A DNA stretch of 64,000 bases, taken from Gammaproteobacteria bacterium. GTDB lineage: Bacteria; Pseudomonadota; Gammaproteobacteria; Eutrophobiales; Eutrophobiaceae. The stretch lies in the NCBI GenBank assembly GCA_965116495.1, contig OZ220696.1:576001-640000 (forward strand), given 5' to 3'. Under the pieces are notes generated by a model. That model was not told where the DNA came from, searched no databases, and was given only the letters and a program-made list of their open reading frames with translations. A program made the translations under genes and the position numbers. Positions 19,551-29,461 of the stretch are shown piece after piece; within the stretch, counting starts at the first letter, position 1, and the number at the start of each line of letters is the position of its first letter.

Positions 19551-19660
19551 TCCTGCGCGAAGCAGTTGAGAGGGAAGACAGTCCGACAAATCTCGCTCAG
19601 GCCATCCGCTCCCGCTTTGCGTGCTTTGGCGGTGTGGAGTTGGATTTGCCGTCACGCTGA
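19535..19660 (+). pseudogene. 3' remnant of a FitA/StbC-like RHH antitoxin
   Basis: EEVRMILREAV...NLAQAIRSRFACFGGVELDLPSR; N-terminus absent. Confidence 0.7.
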
Positions 19661-19858
19661 TCCGGCTGGCATTTGCTGAAATAAAAGTTCATCAATCTTT
19701 GCCTGAGTTCGTGCATGTTCAATAGTCATTCCGACCAGAGTTCTGTTTTTTGCAATGTCTATATAAATGTCTTCATTGATCTCTCTTGTTTCATGAACTG
19801 ATTGCTCGGAAAACTCAATCAATGCAGTATCGGTATCTTCAAAATATTTAATTTTCAT
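19652..19858 (-). CDS. DUF2283-family putative antitoxin
   Basis: MKIKYF.DTDTALIEFS...ETREI.EDIYIDI....LVGMTIEHA. Confidence 0.8.
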   Translation of the reverse strand: MKIKYFEDTDTALIEFSEQSVHETREINEDIYIDIAKNRTLVGMTIEHARTQAKIDELLFQQMPAGSA

Positions 19859-19914
19859 CTGTCGGTCTCTTAAAACTTCTGTTAAAAAAAGCGTTATACA
19901 CCTTGGAAAAGGGG

Positions 19915-21939
19915 TTAGCTTTTCCCCTTTCGCCTCCTCTCTCTCCTGGCTGCCGCCTGGTCCGGCTTTGCGGACTTCCCGGATGGTAGTATCACCACTT
20001 TCTCCAGGTTGGGAAAGCCATCCGTTTTATGCGGTATGGCCATAGCGTTGACGAAATATTCCTGAAACTTCGTTTCGACCGCGGTCTCGATCTTTTCTAT
20101 CTTCCTGACCACGGTTTCAATCTCCTCCCTGGATGCATTGTTCAGCAGCGCGATCCTGGCGCCGGTGCCGGCGGCATTACCGACGGATGCGACCTGTTGC
20201 AGGGGGCAGTCCGGTATCATCCCCAGGACCATGGCCAGTTTGACGTCGATATGGCTGCCGAAGGCGCCGGCCAGTCTTATCCTGTCCACGGAAGAGATCC
20301 CCATCCTGTCCATGAGTAGTTTGACGCCCGCATACAATGCGGCCTTGGCAAGCTGGATCTGCCTGACATCGTTCTGGGTAACGGAAATAATGGATTCGCC
20401 CCGGTAGAGGATATAAGAGAAAGTGCGGCCGTCCCTGACGATACGGTCGGTTCTGTCCGCCAGGCTGCCGTCGATCATCCCGTCACTGGTCAGTATTCCG
20501 CAAAGGTACATTTCCGCCAGGGCTTCGATGATGCCTGACCCGCAGATGCCGGTGACGCCGGGGGAGGTGTCCGCGGCCTCCAGCGCCGGATCGTCGGACC
20601 ACAGGTTGGATCCGATTATCTTTATCCTGGCTTCCAGGGTATCGGGATCGATTCGCACCCGCTCTATGGCGCCGGGCGCCGCCCGCTGGCCGCAACTGAT
20701 CTGCGCGCCTTCAAACGCCGGCCCCGTCGGGCTGGAACAGGCCAGCAGCCGTTCCCTGTTCCCCAGCACAATTTCCGCGTTGGTGCCGATGTCGATGAGC
20801 AGGCTGACCTCATCGTGGACGTGGGGTTGTTCGGACAGGATGACCCCGGCCGTGTCGGCGCCGACGTGCCCGGCTATGCACGGAAGAACGTAAACGATCC
20901 CGCCGGGATTGATCTTGATATCCAGTTCTTCCGCATCCACATAAACGGACGAATCGGTTGCCAGTGCAAACGGCGCCGCGCCCAGTTCAACCGGGCTGAT
21001 GCCGAGCAGCAGGTGGTGCATAATGGGGTTGCCGGCTACCGTGATGCTGACGATATCCAAGGGAGAGATGCCTGTGTCGGTGCCGATTTGCCCGATGAGC
21101 CGGTTGATTCCCTCCCGGACCACCCGGGTCATCTCTTCGGCGCCTTCGGGGTGCATCATGACGTATGACACCCTGCTCATCAGGTCTTCACCGAAACGGA
21201 TCTGCGGGTTCATCATCCCGTCGGAACTGATGACCCCGCCCGTGCTCAAATCACAAAGGTGCGCGGCGATCGTGGTCGAACCGACGTCTATGGCCAGACC
21301 GTATACGACATCCCTGTATCCCGGCCACAGAGCGATAATTTCCCTACCCTGGTGTATCGCGGCCGTGACCGACCAGTCGCCTTTTCTCAACGCCGGCTGG
21401 ATGTCGTCCAACAGCGCAAAACGCCAGCTCAGGTCCGTAAACCCCCACTGGTAGCTCAATGCCTCTACCAGCCTGGTCATATCGCTTTTGGGCTCGTACA
21501 TGTCCGCTTCCTGTACTTCCACGTAGTGCAGGTGGACAACCGGGTCGAGCGTAATATCCCTTTGTTCAGCCTCTTTGCGTACCAGTTGGCGGTGTATCTG
21601 GCTATCGGGAGGCACATCGATAAGCAGATCGCCCCGGACGGCGGCCTGACAACTCAGGCGCCGTCCCGGTTCCAGCGGAGTTTTTCTTTCGCCGTATTTC
21701 TGTTCGGTGGCGCTGAAGGGAGAGAGATGTTCCTGCTTCGAGGTAATTCCCAGTTTCGGAAAACTTCCCTCGGTGCATACTATCTGACAGCGCCCGCACA
21801 GGCCGCGGCCGCCACACACGGAATCGATATCGACGCCAAGTTCGCGCGCCGCCTCCAGCAACGGAGTACCCAGGTGAAAAACACCTCTGCGTCCGGAAGG
21901 ACTAAAGACAACTTTTGCCGTTTGACCCGATTTATCCAT
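19915..21939 (-). CDS. ASKHA-domain reductive activator of corrinoid proteins (RACo/RamA-like) with N-terminal 2Fe-2S
   Basis: CGGRGLCGRC, AIDVGSTT, DIGTNAE, GPAFEG, GICGSG, LAGAFGS, GNAA. Confidence 0.9.
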   Translation of the reverse strand: MDKSGQTAKVVFSPSGRRGVFHLGTPLLEAARELGVDIDSVCGGRGLCGRCQIVCTEGSFPKLGITSKQEHLSPFSATEQKYGERKTPLEPGRRLSCQAAVRGDLLIDVPPDSQIHRQLVRKEAEQRDITLDPVVHLHYVEVQEADMYEPKSDMTRLVEALSYQWGFTDLSWRFALLDDIQPALRKGDWSVTAAIHQGREIIALWPGYRDVVYGLAIDVGSTTIAAHLCDLSTGGVISSDGMMNPQIRFGEDLMSRVSYVMMHPEGAEEMTRVVREGINRLIGQIGTDTGISPLDIVSITVAGNPIMHHLLLGISPVELGAAPFALATDSSVYVDAEELDIKINPGGIVYVLPCIAGHVGADTAGVILSEQPHVHDEVSLLIDIGTNAEIVLGNRERLLACSSPTGPAFEGAQISCGQRAAPGAIERVRIDPDTLEARIKIIGSNLWSDDPALEAADTSPGVTGICGSGIIEALAEMYLCGILTSDGMIDGSLADRTDRIVRDGRTFSYILYRGESIISVTQNDVRQIQLAKAALYAGVKLLMDRMGISSVDRIRLAGAFGSHIDVKLAMVLGMIPDCPLQQVASVGNAAGTGARIALLNNASREEIETVVRKIEKIETAVETKFQEYFVNAMAIPHKTDGFPNLEKVVILPSGKSAKPDQAAARRERRRKGKS

Positions 21940-21957
21940 TATAACAAGCAGTTATTT

Positions 21958-22105
21958 TATCCGCAGATGACGCAGATTAACGCAGATGAATTATTATTGT
22001 TATTCACAATTTCTGATGCTGAGTCGGCAGCACGATAATGAGCCCGGATACGAAACTGTGGAACAAATAAAAATGATCTGCGTTAATCTGCGTCATCTGC
22101 GGATA
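21958..22105. repeat. Intergenic inverted repeat with 30-bp arms built from CGCAGAT units
   Basis: TATCCGCAGATGACGCAGATTAACGCAGAT (21958-21987) and its exact reverse complement (22076-22105). Confidence 0.88.
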
Positions 22106-22109
22106 TATA

Positions 22110-23015
22110 TCAGGCGCGGCGCCGGCGCCGGGGTCTGTCCCTGCGTCCTCCCTCTGACTCCACGGCTGCAACGGGGTCCCGGTATTTCCTGATCCAGCGC
22201 GCGCAATCCGGATCGTGCCCCATCATTACATCCGCTCCCAGTACCGCCTGCATCACTTCGCCATGCAGTGGATTGGTAATGGCGGAGGTCATGCCGGCGC
22301 CGATGGCCATGGTGAGAAACGCACCGTTGATGCCGTTTCGATTGGGCAGGCCGAAACTTATATTGGATGCCCCGCAGGTCGTATTGACTTTCAGTTCCTC
22401 ACGCAAGCGCCTGACAATATGCATGACCTGTCTGCCGGCCGTATTGATTGCCCCGATCGGCATCACCAGCGGGTCGACCACGACGTCACTGTAATGGATG
22501 CCGTGGTCCGCGGCGCGTTCCACGATTTTCCTGGCCACTTCAAAACGTACGTCCGGATCCTCCGATATGCCGGTTTCATCGTTTGAAATAGCCACCACAG
22601 CCGCACTATGCCTGGCAACCAGGGGCAGGACCGTTTCCAGCCGTTCCTCTTCGCCGGTAACGGAATTGACCAGCGCCTTGCCCTGGTAAACGGCCAGACC
22701 GGCTTCCAGGGCGGCGACGATGGATGAATCGATAGACAGTGGGACGTCCGTGATCGTCTGTACCAGCTTGATCGCCTGCGCCAGTATCGCAGGTTCATCT
22801 GCCAGCGGAATACCGGCGTTGACATCCAGCATATGAGCGCCGGCTTCCACCTGGGCGAGGGCGTCCGCTTCCACGCGGCGGAAATCGCCGCTTTTCATCT
22901 CTTCGGCCAGGATTGTACGTCCGGACGGATTAATCCGCTCTCCGATGATCACGAATGGGCTATCAAAACCGATAACGGTTTCCTTGTTTGCTGAACTGAT
23001 TAGTGTTTTTGTCAT
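22110..23015 (-). CDS. Methyltetrahydrofolate:corrinoid methyltransferase (stand-alone pterin-binding MetH/AcsE-like domain)
   Basis: IIGERINP, LDVNAG, LSIDSS, VNSVTGE, DPLVMP, GASNISFGLP. Confidence 0.9.
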   Translation of the reverse strand: MTKTLISSANKETVIGFDSPFVIIGERINPSGRTILAEEMKSGDFRRVEADALAQVEAGAHMLDVNAGIPLADEPAILAQAIKLVQTITDVPLSIDSSIVAALEAGLAVYQGKALVNSVTGEEERLETVLPLVARHSAAVVAISNDETGISEDPDVRFEVARKIVERAADHGIHYSDVVVDPLVMPIGAINTAGRQVMHIVRRLREELKVNTTCGASNISFGLPNRNGINGAFLTMAIGAGMTSAITNPLHGEVMQAVLGADVMMGHDPDCARWIRKYRDPVAAVESEGGRRDRPRRRRRA

Positions 23016-23040
23016 TGTCGTAATTTTTTCCGGTTCCCCT

Positions 23041-23343
23041 TTATTCCCGAGTAAGCCCGTGGTTTCTTATCAATTGCAGCAATCTCTCGTCAGGATAAGC
23101 AGCTTCGATCTGCCGCGCTTCGCGCCGGACGATTGTGTGCAGGTCACCAGCGTCAACCAGTGGGGATTTCACTCTTTTCCACTCATCCATATAAGCATCG
23201 CTGTCGTGTTTGCGCGCGCGCATGGCGGCCCGGTCTATGGCATCCTGAAAACGGGGATCCAACAGGACCTTTTCCCTCAACCGGCCTTTTTTCACGATTA
23301 CCTGGGAAGGAATATCGCGCCAGTAAACTATGATTTTTTCCAT
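23041..23343 (-). CDS. Small 'virulence factor'-domain protein typical of corrinoid methyltransferase clusters
   Basis: VYWRDIPSQV..K.GR...L..RF..AIDRAAM.....DAY..EW. Confidence 0.75.
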   Translation of the reverse strand: MEKIIVYWRDIPSQVIVKKGRLREKVLLDPRFQDAIDRAAMRARKHDSDAYMDEWKRVKSPLVDAGDLHTIVRREARQIEAAYPDERLLQLIRNHGLTRE

Positions 23344-23404
23344 TTCAGAGTTGAGGCTTCCGGTATCATCGACATGATCCCAAATTAATGGTTGACAGGG
23401 TTAA

Positions 23405-24946
23405 TCAGTAATTCTTGTCCGGATACTGCGACTTACGCTGCACAATAAACGCCAGCAGTGCTTCATCAACGGCTTCATCAAGAGGCGGAGCGGTGTAATC
23501 TTCCAGCATCTTTTTCCAAATCCGGTTAGCGCGCTGCGCTGTGTCCATGGCGCCGTCTTCCTGCCATTGTTCAAAGCTGTTGTTGTCGGCAACGATGGAG
23601 CGATAAAATGCCGACTCGAAATTTGCCTGGGTATGGGAGGCTCCCAGGTAGTGGCTGCCCGGCCCCACTTCCCGCATCGCATCCAGCGCCTGGCCGTTTT
23701 CCGACAGGTCCGCGCCTTGCAGCAGTATCGCTATCATGTTGGCCTGGTCTGCGTCCATGATAAATTTTTCGTAACTCATCACCAGCCCGCCTTCCAGCCA
23801 GCCGGTCGTATGCAGCATGAAATTAACCCCTGCAAGGGCGGCCGTCTGCAGGGTATTGGCTGACTCGTAAGCCGCTTGCGCATCGGCGATCTTCGCAGCA
23901 CATAAACCCCCTCCGCTGCGAAACGGAACGCCCAACCTGCGCGCCAGGGCAGCGGCGATATAAAGCACAAGGCTGGGCTCCGGCGTACCGAAAGTCGGGG
24001 CTCCGGATTGCATCGAAATAGAGGAGGAAAACGTACCGAAAACAACCGGGGCGCCGGGTCTGACCAGTTGAATAAAGGCCATGCCTGCCAAAGCTTCCGC
24101 AAGTATCTGGGTAACGGTGCCGGCAACGGTAACCGGCGCCATGGCGCCGGCCAGGATGAAAGGTGAGATCACCGTAGCCTGGTTATGGCGCGCATAGGTC
24201 TTTGCCGCCCCCAGCATGGTAGCGTCATAAGTCAGGGGTGAATTTGCATTAATCAGGCTGGTGAGTACCGTGTTCTGTTCCACGAACTCAGCGCCGAATA
24301 CTATTTTCGCCATGTCAACCGAGTCCTGCGCCCGTTCCGGGTGGGTGACCGACCCCATAAACGGCTTGTCGCTGTACTTGATATGGCTGTAGATCATATC
24401 GAAATGGCGTTTGTTTACCGGCAGGTCCACGGGCTCACACACGGTACCGCCGGAGTGGTGCAAGCCGGGGCTCATGTAAGCCAGTTTGATGAAATTGCGG
24501 AAATCCTCAATGGTTGCGTAGCGCCTGCCTTCATCCAGGTTACGAATGAAAGGCGGACCATAGGCGGGCACCAGTACGGTGCGTTTGCCGCCTATGACGA
24601 TATTTCGTTGCGGGTTGCGTGCGTGCTGGATGAATTCCGCCGGCGCCGATGAACGGATAAGGGCCCGGCACAGGCCTTTGGGAAAGTGAACCCGTTCTCC
24701 CTGTATATCTGCGCCGGCCTCGCGCAACAATGCCAGTGCTTCAGGGTCATCTCGGAATTCAATGCCGATTTCCTCAAGTACGACCTCGGCGTTTTCTTCG
24801 ACCAGTGCAAGACCGCCCTCATCCAGGAGTTCGTAGTAAGGGATTTTGCGTTCGATGAAAGCTGCCTGCTCTACCTGTGGCCTTTCTCGCGCTGCTTTTT
24901 TGGCGCTTCGACTTCCGCTACGTCTGCGCCGTTGCCGGTCATTCAT
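23405..24946 (-). CDS. Non-pyrrolysine trimethylamine methyltransferase family protein (MttB/MtgB)
   Basis: CEPVDLP..KRH, INANSPL..D, PFILAGAMAP, GAPTFGTPE, GWLEGG. Start set at 24946 because the upstream ORF extension runs through a repeat. Confidence 0.9.
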   Translation of the reverse strand: MNDRQRRRRSGSRSAKKAARERPQVEQAAFIERKIPYYELLDEGGLALVEENAEVVLEEIGIEFRDDPEALALLREAGADIQGERVHFPKGLCRALIRSSAPAEFIQHARNPQRNIVIGGKRTVLVPAYGPPFIRNLDEGRRYATIEDFRNFIKLAYMSPGLHHSGGTVCEPVDLPVNKRHFDMIYSHIKYSDKPFMGSVTHPERAQDSVDMAKIVFGAEFVEQNTVLTSLINANSPLTYDATMLGAAKTYARHNQATVISPFILAGAMAPVTVAGTVTQILAEALAGMAFIQLVRPGAPVVFGTFSSSISMQSGAPTFGTPEPSLVLYIAAALARRLGVPFRSGGGLCAAKIADAQAAYESANTLQTAALAGVNFMLHTTGWLEGGLVMSYEKFIMDADQANMIAILLQGADLSENGQALDAMREVGPGSHYLGASHTQANFESAFYRSIVADNNSFEQWQEDGAMDTAQRANRIWKKMLEDYTAPPLDEAVDEALLAFIVQRKSQYPDKNY

Positions 24947-25085
24947 GATGATGGAAGCAGGTATCCCCAAGTCATTGTCACTTGGGAAATTTTGGAATAC
25001 AGCAGTATTTCTTGTTAATGGCAAAACGACATCGTTACATGAATACACGACAATATTCTTCGTTCCTGTCTTGGGCATTGCAGGT

Positions 25086-25207
25086 ATTGGGGTCAGGTCG
25101 CACAATGCACACGCTGAACAAGGTGACGGATTTAAAATCCGCCCCTGCACAGGTAAAGATGAGATGCATCACAGTCTCCAGTGTGCATTGTGCGACCTGA
25201 CCCCAAT
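25086..25207. repeat. REPIN/MITE-like inverted repeat, copy 2
   Basis: 27-bp perfect inverted arms containing GGGGTCAGGTCGCACAATGCACA, just downstream of hemL. Confidence 0.9.
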
Positions 25208-25222
25208 GCCCACTCAATTTTT

Positions 25223-26497
25223 TTACAACTCTTTGAATACGGTTGTGGCCGCTTCAATGGTCCTGTCTATCTCGCGAGCACCGTGGGCGCTGGAAATAAA
25301 TCCTGCTTCATAGCTTGACGGGGCCAGGTAGACCCCGTTGTCCAACATGCCGTGAAAGAAACGGTTGAATACCTCCTGGTTGCACTGCATTGCCTGTCTA
25401 TATGAGGTTATGTGAGTGTCTTCGGTAAAAAACAACCCGAACATGCCTCCGGACCGGTTGGTGGACATAGATACGTCGTTTGCCGCGGCTGCATCCTGCA
25501 GGCCCTTGATTAAGACGGCCAGATTGTTCGACAGATCGGTAAAGAAGCCCGGTTTCGAAATGATATTCAGTGTCGCAAGGCCGGCAGCCATTGACACGGG
25601 ATTCCCTGATAAGGTTCCGGCCTGGTATACGGCGCCGTCCGGCGCCAGGTGGTCCATGATTTGCTGGCGTCCGCCGAAAGCACCTACCGGCATGCCGCCG
25701 CCGATAACCTTGCCCAGCAGGGTGAGGTCGGGCCTGATGCCATACCGGGATTGCGCGCCGCCCAGCGCCACGCGAAAACCCGTCATCACTTCATCGAAAA
25801 TCAAGATACTTTTATAGCGATCGCAGGCCTGGCGTAACGTGTCCAGGAAATCCTGCAGACCCGGGATACAATTCATGTTGCCGGCTACCGGTTCTACAAT
25901 GACCGCGGCAATTTCATCACCCATAGCGTCAAACACGTCCAATACCTGTCCACTATTGTTGAACTCCAGTGTGATGGTATGTTTTGCCGTGTCCGCAGGC
26001 ACACCCGGTGAAGTAGGGATGCCCAGGGTAAGGGCACCGGATCCGGCCTTGACCAGCAATGCATCGGCATGACCGTGATAACAGCCTTCAAATTTGATTA
26101 TTTTGTCCCTGCCGGTGAAACCGCGCGCTAGCCTGATGGCGCTCATTGCCGCTTCCGTCCCTGAATTCACCATACGTACTTTTTCGATGGAAGGGACGAG
26201 CGTACAGATTAGTTTTGCCAGTTCGGTCTCCAGCGTGGTCGGCGCGCCGAAGCTCAAACCGTTTGCCATCACTTCCCGTACCCGGGTGAGCACATCAGGA
26301 TGTGCATGACCCAGGATCATGGGTCCCCAGGAACCTACGTAGTCTATATAGGATCGGCCGTCCGTATCATACAGGCAGGCTCCGCGGCCGCGTTCAAAAA
26401 ATACGGGGGTGCCGCCCACGGCCCTGAAGGCGCGTACCGGTGAGTTAACACCACCGGGAATATATTTTTTCGCTGTGTTGAAATGATTGTTATTCAT
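25223..26497 (-). CDS. hemL: Glutamate-1-semialdehyde 2,1-aminomutase
   Basis: [37 protein letters not shown]. Confidence 0.97.
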   Translation of the reverse strand: MNNNHFNTAKKYIPGGVNSPVRAFRAVGGTPVFFERGRGACLYDTDGRSYIDYVGSWGPMILGHAHPDVLTRVREVMANGLSFGAPTTLETELAKLICTLVPSIEKVRMVNSGTEAAMSAIRLARGFTGRDKIIKFEGCYHGHADALLVKAGSGALTLGIPTSPGVPADTAKHTITLEFNNSGQVLDVFDAMGDEIAAVIVEPVAGNMNCIPGLQDFLDTLRQACDRYKSILIFDEVMTGFRVALGGAQSRYGIRPDLTLLGKVIGGGMPVGAFGGRQQIMDHLAPDGAVYQAGTLSGNPVSMAAGLATLNIISKPGFFTDLSNNLAVLIKGLQDAAAANDVSMSTNRSGGMFGLFFTEDTHITSYRQAMQCNQEVFNRFFHGMLDNGVYLAPSSYEAGFISSAHGAREIDRTIEAATTVFKEL

Positions 26498-27153
26498 AAC
26501 CTGTCTCCAGTTATGTTCCGCGGTTCCTGCGGAAGCAGGAATCCATCAATCAGCCGGTTGAATTCCAGTACTGCCGAGTAAGGGTCTTCAGCCTGGTAGA
26601 TACTGCTGATGACTGCCAGCAAATCGGCGCCACTCTCGAGTAATATCCTGCAATTGGATGGCGTGAGCCCGCCGATTGCAACAACCGGTAATTCAATTTT
26701 CCGCTTTGCCTGCTTTATGATGCCGGGTTTGGCGATGACCGTGCCCTGTTTTGACGGACTCGGGTAAAATGACCCGAAAGCAATGTAATCCGCGCCGGCG
26801 TCCGCCGCGGCCAGCGCCGCTTCGACCCTGTTATAACATGAAACGCCGATCAGCGCTCCGGGCCCCAACTCGTTTCTGGCTTTATTGCAGTCACAATCTC
26901 CACCACCCAGATGGACGCCGTCGCTGTTTGCCGATTTGGCCAGTTGCACGTCATCATTGATGATGAACAGGCAGTTGTATTCCCGGCAAAGCAGTCGTAA
27001 TTCGGCCGTTTCATATTGCCTTTTCGTATGATCCCCGGATTTGTCCCGGTACTGGAGAACAGCCACTCCCGCCCTGAGAACGTCTTCCGTTACCGCCAGG
27101 AGCCTGTCAGTAGACAGGTTCTCACAGTCTGTAATGACATAGAGCCCTTTCAT
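26494..27153 (-). CDS. thiE: Thiamine-phosphate synthase
   Basis: GLYVITD, QYRDK, IINDD, GVHLG, GVSCY, VAIGG. Confidence 0.93.
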   Translation of the reverse strand: MKGLYVITDCENLSTDRLLAVTEDVLRAGVAVLQYRDKSGDHTKRQYETAELRLLCREYNCLFIINDDVQLAKSANSDGVHLGGGDCDCNKARNELGPGALIGVSCYNRVEAALAAADAGADYIAFGSFYPSPSKQGTVIAKPGIIKQAKRKIELPVVAIGGLTPSNCRILLESGADLLAVISSIYQAEDPYSAVLEFNRLIDGFLLPQEPRNITGDRL

Positions 27154-27929
27154 CAATCAAAAAAACGCTCGGGATGCAACTGTGACTTTCCTGTCCGGCG
27201 CGCATTTCTCAGCGTCTGCCAGGTATATTCCTGGGCTTTTTCCACCGCTGCTTTAACAGGGTCTCCCCGGGCAAGCCGTCCTGCGAGATATGCCGACAGG
27301 GTACAGCCTGAACCGTGATAAACGCCGGGCAGTTTTTCCCAGGTATAGCTGTATACTTCACGGTTCTTGCTCATCCAACTGTTTACCACCTTGTCCTGTG
27401 CATTATCTGCATTGGTGATCAAAGCCGTGTCACAGCCAAGGTCCAGCAATGCATGGAGCGTCTGTGTCATCTCGTCACGACCGGTCAGCGCCAGTGCCTC
27501 TCCCAGGTTGGGCGTGATCACGGCGGTATGGGGGAACAGGTATTCCCGCATGTTACGGATAAGATCCTGCTGCGCCAGCTTAACCCCGGAACCACTGGCC
27601 AGGACCGGGTCCAGGACAACCGGAAACTTTTTGGTTTCCAGGTAATCGACAATTGTTTCAACCAGTCCGATGCTGCCGATCAAGCCGATTTTACAGGCAT
27701 CCACAGGTATCTCATCCGTTAACAGGTCCAGTTGTTCCCGGAACCTTGCAGGAGTTTGCGGGTGCATGGCCCTGAATTCCGATGTGTTTTGCGTAGTCAG
27801 AGAGGTGATAACGGAAATACACTGACAGTCGGCACGCGCAAGCGCTTCGATGTCAGCCTGCACGCCTGCTGCGCCTGACGGGTCATGGCCGGAAAGAGCC
27901 AGCACCACAGGTTTTACGTTTGTGTCCAT
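27153..27929 (-). CDS. thiD: Hydroxymethylpyrimidine/phosphomethylpyrimidine kinase
   Basis: GHDPSGAAGVQAD, VLDPV, TPN, HGSGC. Confidence 0.9.
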   Translation of the reverse strand: MDTNVKPVVLALSGHDPSGAAGVQADIEALARADCQCISVITSLTTQNTSEFRAMHPQTPARFREQLDLLTDEIPVDACKIGLIGSIGLVETIVDYLETKKFPVVLDPVLASGSGVKLAQQDLIRNMREYLFPHTAVITPNLGEALALTGRDEMTQTLHALLDLGCDTALITNADNAQDKVVNSWMSKNREVYSYTWEKLPGVYHGSGCTLSAYLAGRLARGDPVKAAVEKAQEYTWQTLRNARRTGKSQLHPERFFD

Positions 27930-27953
27930 AGACAGAATTGTAAACCACAGTGA

Positions 27954-28379
27954 TTACAGGGGCTTGTAAACTGCAAGCAATATGATCGCGATAAGAAAGA
28001 TTACCGGTATTTCATTGTACCAGCGGTACCAGGTGTGCGAATGCTGGTTACGGTCATGCTTGAAGTCATGCAGTAATTTTCCACAATAGACATGGTAACT
28101 GAGCAGGATAAGGAGCAACAAGAGTTTGACCTGGAACCATACCTGGACCATATAGTGATTCCAGCCGATCAGCGCGGTAAGCCACACGCCGAATATCAGG
28201 GTTAACACAGCCCCCGGCGTCATGATGCCGAAATAGAGTTTCCGCTCCATAACCTTGAACCGGTCGATGCTGACATCATCACTGCTCATGGCGTGATAGA
28301 CAAACAATCTCGGCAGGTAAAACAGGCCGGCAAACCAGGTGACCATGAAGATCAGGTGCAGGGACTTCAGCAGTAACAT
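27954..28379 (-). CDS. hemJ: Protoporphyrinogen oxidase HemJ
   Basis: LHLIF..TWFAGLFYLPRLFVYH, MERKL, NEIP. Confidence 0.92.
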   Translation of the reverse strand: MLLLKSLHLIFMVTWFAGLFYLPRLFVYHAMSSDDVSIDRFKVMERKLYFGIMTPGAVLTLIFGVWLTALIGWNHYMVQVWFQVKLLLLLILLSYHVYCGKLLHDFKHDRNQHSHTWYRWYNEIPVIFLIAIILLAVYKPL

Positions 28380-28394
28380 GTCGTACTGTATTAC

Positions 28395-28913
28395 TCAGGT
28401 TTGTACTGTCAGCAGGTTTTCAATCTGTCGTCTGAGTTTAACAATGTCCATTTCACCGATCTTGTGCTTGATTATCCTGCCGTCCGGAGCGATCAGAAAT
28501 GATGTCGGTGTCAGCATGACGTTACCGAACGCGTACGCCAGGCTGCCGTCAAGGTCGAGAGCAATGGAATAAGGCAATTGCCGTTCGCTGGACAGTTCCA
28601 GTACCCGGTTGGGGGGGTCGTAGGCCATGGCAACGCCTATCAACTCAAAGCCGCCGTTCCCGAATTCTTCGTACAACTCGACCAGGTGGGGCATCTCTTT
28701 TAAACATCCCGGACAGGTGGTTGCCCAGAACGTCACCAGTACGGGCTGGCCGCGTAACCCGCGCATGCTGATTTTCTCACCCTTCAGGGTGGAAAACGTC
28801 ACGTCCGGCGCCCACTTCAGTCCGGACGGACTGGTCCATAACCAGAGAGTTATCCCGACCACCGCGAGTATGAATATGACTGATACGGTTTCCTTGATTT
28901 TCATTAGCTTCAT
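28395..28913 (-). CDS. TlpA-family thiol-disulfide oxidoreductase
   Basis: FWATTCPGC, N-terminal membrane anchor, TPTSFLI. Confidence 0.88.
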   Translation of the reverse strand: MKLMKIKETVSVIFILAVVGITLWLWTSPSGLKWAPDVTFSTLKGEKISMRGLRGQPVLVTFWATTCPGCLKEMPHLVELYEEFGNGGFELIGVAMAYDPPNRVLELSSERQLPYSIALDLDGSLAYAFGNVMLTPTSFLIAPDGRIIKHKIGEMDIVKLRRQIENLLTVQT

Positions 28914-28932
28914 GTGGCAATAGTATACAGGA

Positions 28933-29394
28933 TTAAAATATCCCTGCCTCAAGTCCTGCGGCCATGGTCATTCCCAGTTCTTCACAATACTCAAGGAATT
29001 CTTGCCGGTATTCACCCTGGCAAATCACAGGTTTCTGAACCGCTCTCCAGGCCAGGCCTGTAATGATGCGCTCCATGCTGGTTCTGGCGCCTGATCCGTC
29101 ATTTCCCGCCCTGATGAACAAGGCATAGGGCAGGCCCGCGGTTTTATCGAGACAGGGATAGTAGATACGTTCAAAAAAATCCTTGATGGCGCCGCTCATG
29201 TAACCGAAGTTTTCGGTCGTACCCAGAATAATGCCGTTTGCCCATAACACGTCATCGACGCCGGCATCGGACGGAACCCGCACCCTTAGTTCAACTCCCT
29301 GGATATCTTCGTGGGATGAGCCGGAGACCACGGCATCCGTCATCGCCCTGGTATTTGCGGATGGTATGTGAGATACGATCAAAAGGTGAGGCAT
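28933..29394 (-). CDS. Flavodoxin-family protein
   Basis: LLIVSH..S.NT, GTTENFGYMSGAIKDFF, AGNDG.GA. Confidence 0.82.
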   Translation of the reverse strand: MPHLLIVSHIPSANTRAMTDAVVSGSSHEDIQGVELRVRVPSDAGVDDVLWANGIILGTTENFGYMSGAIKDFFERIYYPCLDKTAGLPYALFIRAGNDGSGARTSMERIITGLAWRAVQKPVICQGEYRQEFLEYCEELGMTMAAGLEAGIF

Positions 29395-29461
29395 TTGAAT
29401 ATCATATTCAGATAAGGGTATTATCTCAAACCTTACAGATATTTATTCAAGGTACTCACAG

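Noticed and set aside
13900-19900. TA-rich region considered as an integron cassette array
   Set aside because: No convincing attC sites, no integron integrase, and mixed gene orientations.
23405-24946. Possible pyrrolysine recoding
   Set aside because: No in-frame TAG; Leu occupies the equivalent position.
24947-25150. 68-aa N-terminal extension of the MttB-family ORF
   Set aside because: It runs through the palindromic repeat; the family-like sequence begins at the ATG at 24946.
27930-27953. TPP riboswitch before thiD, or cobalamin riboswitch near the corrinoid and TonB genes
   Set aside because: Too little intergenic space before thiD, and no conserved riboswitch motifs were seen elsewhere.
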